Positions 62,689 to 64,000 of a stretch of 64,000 nucleotides of DNA are shown here, piece after piece; within the stretch, counting starts at the first letter, position 1; the number at the start of each line of letters is the position of its first letter. Position numbers and translations under genes: made by a program. The notes below the pieces were generated by a model. It was given only the letters and a program-made list of their open reading frames with translations. It ran no database searches and was not told the DNA's origin. Origin of the DNA: Balanoglossus misakiensis (Eukaryota; Animalia; Hemichordata); contig CM082587.2 of assembly GCA_040954595.2 (NCBI GenBank), forward strand, positions 10,359,403 through 10,423,402. The letters run 5' to 3'.

Positions 62689-63611
62689 CCGGGTTTTACT
62701 GATAGTGCGCCAAGGGCAATTAATTGGAAAATGAGGAAATTAACAGGTGCACACCTGGAACCAATTAGTCAACCAGGGCAATACTTTGGCTATATTGAAA
62801 ACACCTACTTTGATGCAAGCGTCATGTGATCTGATTGCTCATTGACAGCTGTTCTGCCTACCCACCGAAGATTGCTTTAACAAACATCTAGTTGAGATTG
62901 TTGCCACCGAACACGAACATGCGCATCATCGCTAAACGCCATTGCTGATATGTCATGAAGACGTTCACCATCTTGGATGCCGTGTACATGGCGAAGGAGT
63001 CGTGGGACAATGTCATGCCGTAGACACTTGTTGGTTGCTCAGATTCGGACTCTGTGGTCACCGTTTAATTGGACGTGTTTACCGATGTCCCCATGCCAGA
63101 TATGACGCCAATGGACTGCACGCATAATGTTGAGATGAACAGTGCTGTTCACTGGTGAGCTGCGCGATGCAGAGTCGCCTGTACTGACCTCCAAACAGAA
63201 GATGGACATGATTGACCACCTTGGCCAGTTAACCCAGGGAAAGGGAACACACTACCGATGCTTCGCGAAATTGACAACGCCGTGTTGGCCGTTGTCGCAG
63301 AATCGAAGACCACCGCACCGTCGACTTGTGTCTCCAAGAACGTCTTGTTTTCAATCTGGTGTTATTCAATATTTATTGTACTTTTTCTTGGATATTTTTG
63401 CATGATTTCTCTTGTGATAGAAAAAAGGAGGACACTGCTCTGGCAAAACGTTTAGGTACAGTAATCGTCTGTCGCTGGACGTCTTTGGTGAATTGTTGAT
63501 GTTGTATTTTCCATGCCAGAAATTCAATTTAAAAATCCCAAATAGTTGGCCACCAGCCAAAAAATTGCCCAACAGCAATTTTTGGATGGGCGAACTATCA
63601 GTAAAACCCGG
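62689..63611 (+). mobile_element. Internally deleted pogo/Tigger (Tc1/mariner) element
   Basis: TIR CCGGGTTTTACTGATAGT(G/T)CGCC; TA TSD. Remnant FTILDAVYMAKESWDNV near 62964-63014 resembles the pogo/CENP-B DDE C-terminus. Confidence 0.8.
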
Positions 63612-64000
63612 TAATTACTGAAGTAAATTTGATGTAATGTTTATGCTGTTATAGGTCTAATATTGTAAGACAATATAGTCTCTTATAGACCCATACTTGT
63701 ACTGTTGACCAGTGTTATGTTAATTACCAATTAACATCCATATTTAATGCATTTGTGTAATTAGCATTATGCAGCCACAGTAATTGCAGCATGTTTTAAA
63801 AAGTGGTTGCTATTGTTGTTTTTCAATTATGCAACTGAATTGGTTGAATCGATGGAGAAAGATTTTACAAAGTACACCCTACATTTATTGGTTCAACAGA
63901 CATCTCGACTGTAAGGTGCAATTGTCTATGTTTTCCTTGGCTCTGTATGTGTTGTAGCCAGCTCTATTAATTTGTTGTTGCAAGAAATCACATTGTGTCA

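Overview
This is AT-rich metazoan genomic DNA with spliceosomal introns, probably from an invertebrate; the species cannot be determined from the sequence. It consists almost entirely of nested transposable elements. From left to right: (1) an adhesion-GPCR-like 7TM exon split by a 412-bp TIR element; (2) a minus-strand Gypsy LTR retrotransposon (4038-38053) with LTRs about 1% divergent, a tRNA-Ser PBS, a PPT and a gag/pol -1 slippery site. Its gag and pol are cut by three different DNA elements, and its 5' LTR holds a 20.9-kb IS3EU-type transposon (TATGG..CCATA ends, 6-bp TSD). That element carries a spliced transposase and a convergent 7-exon HECT E3 ubiquitin-ligase gene, with a near-perfect 4,560-bp tandem duplication inside; (3) a 7.8-kb Sola2-type transposon with an F-box/LRR gene ending 11 nt upstream of its transposase; (4) a stack of Helentron-associated non-autonomous elements leading into an intact 2635-aa Helentron ORF (OTU, Rep, Pif1 helicase, AP endonuclease); (5) a deleted pogo/Tigger element. 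The most striking pattern is that three unrelated DNA transposons each encode a ubiquitin-system module: a HECT E3, an F-box adaptor and an OTU deubiquitinase. All family and domain assignments come from termini, TSDs and protein motifs read by eye, not from database searches.
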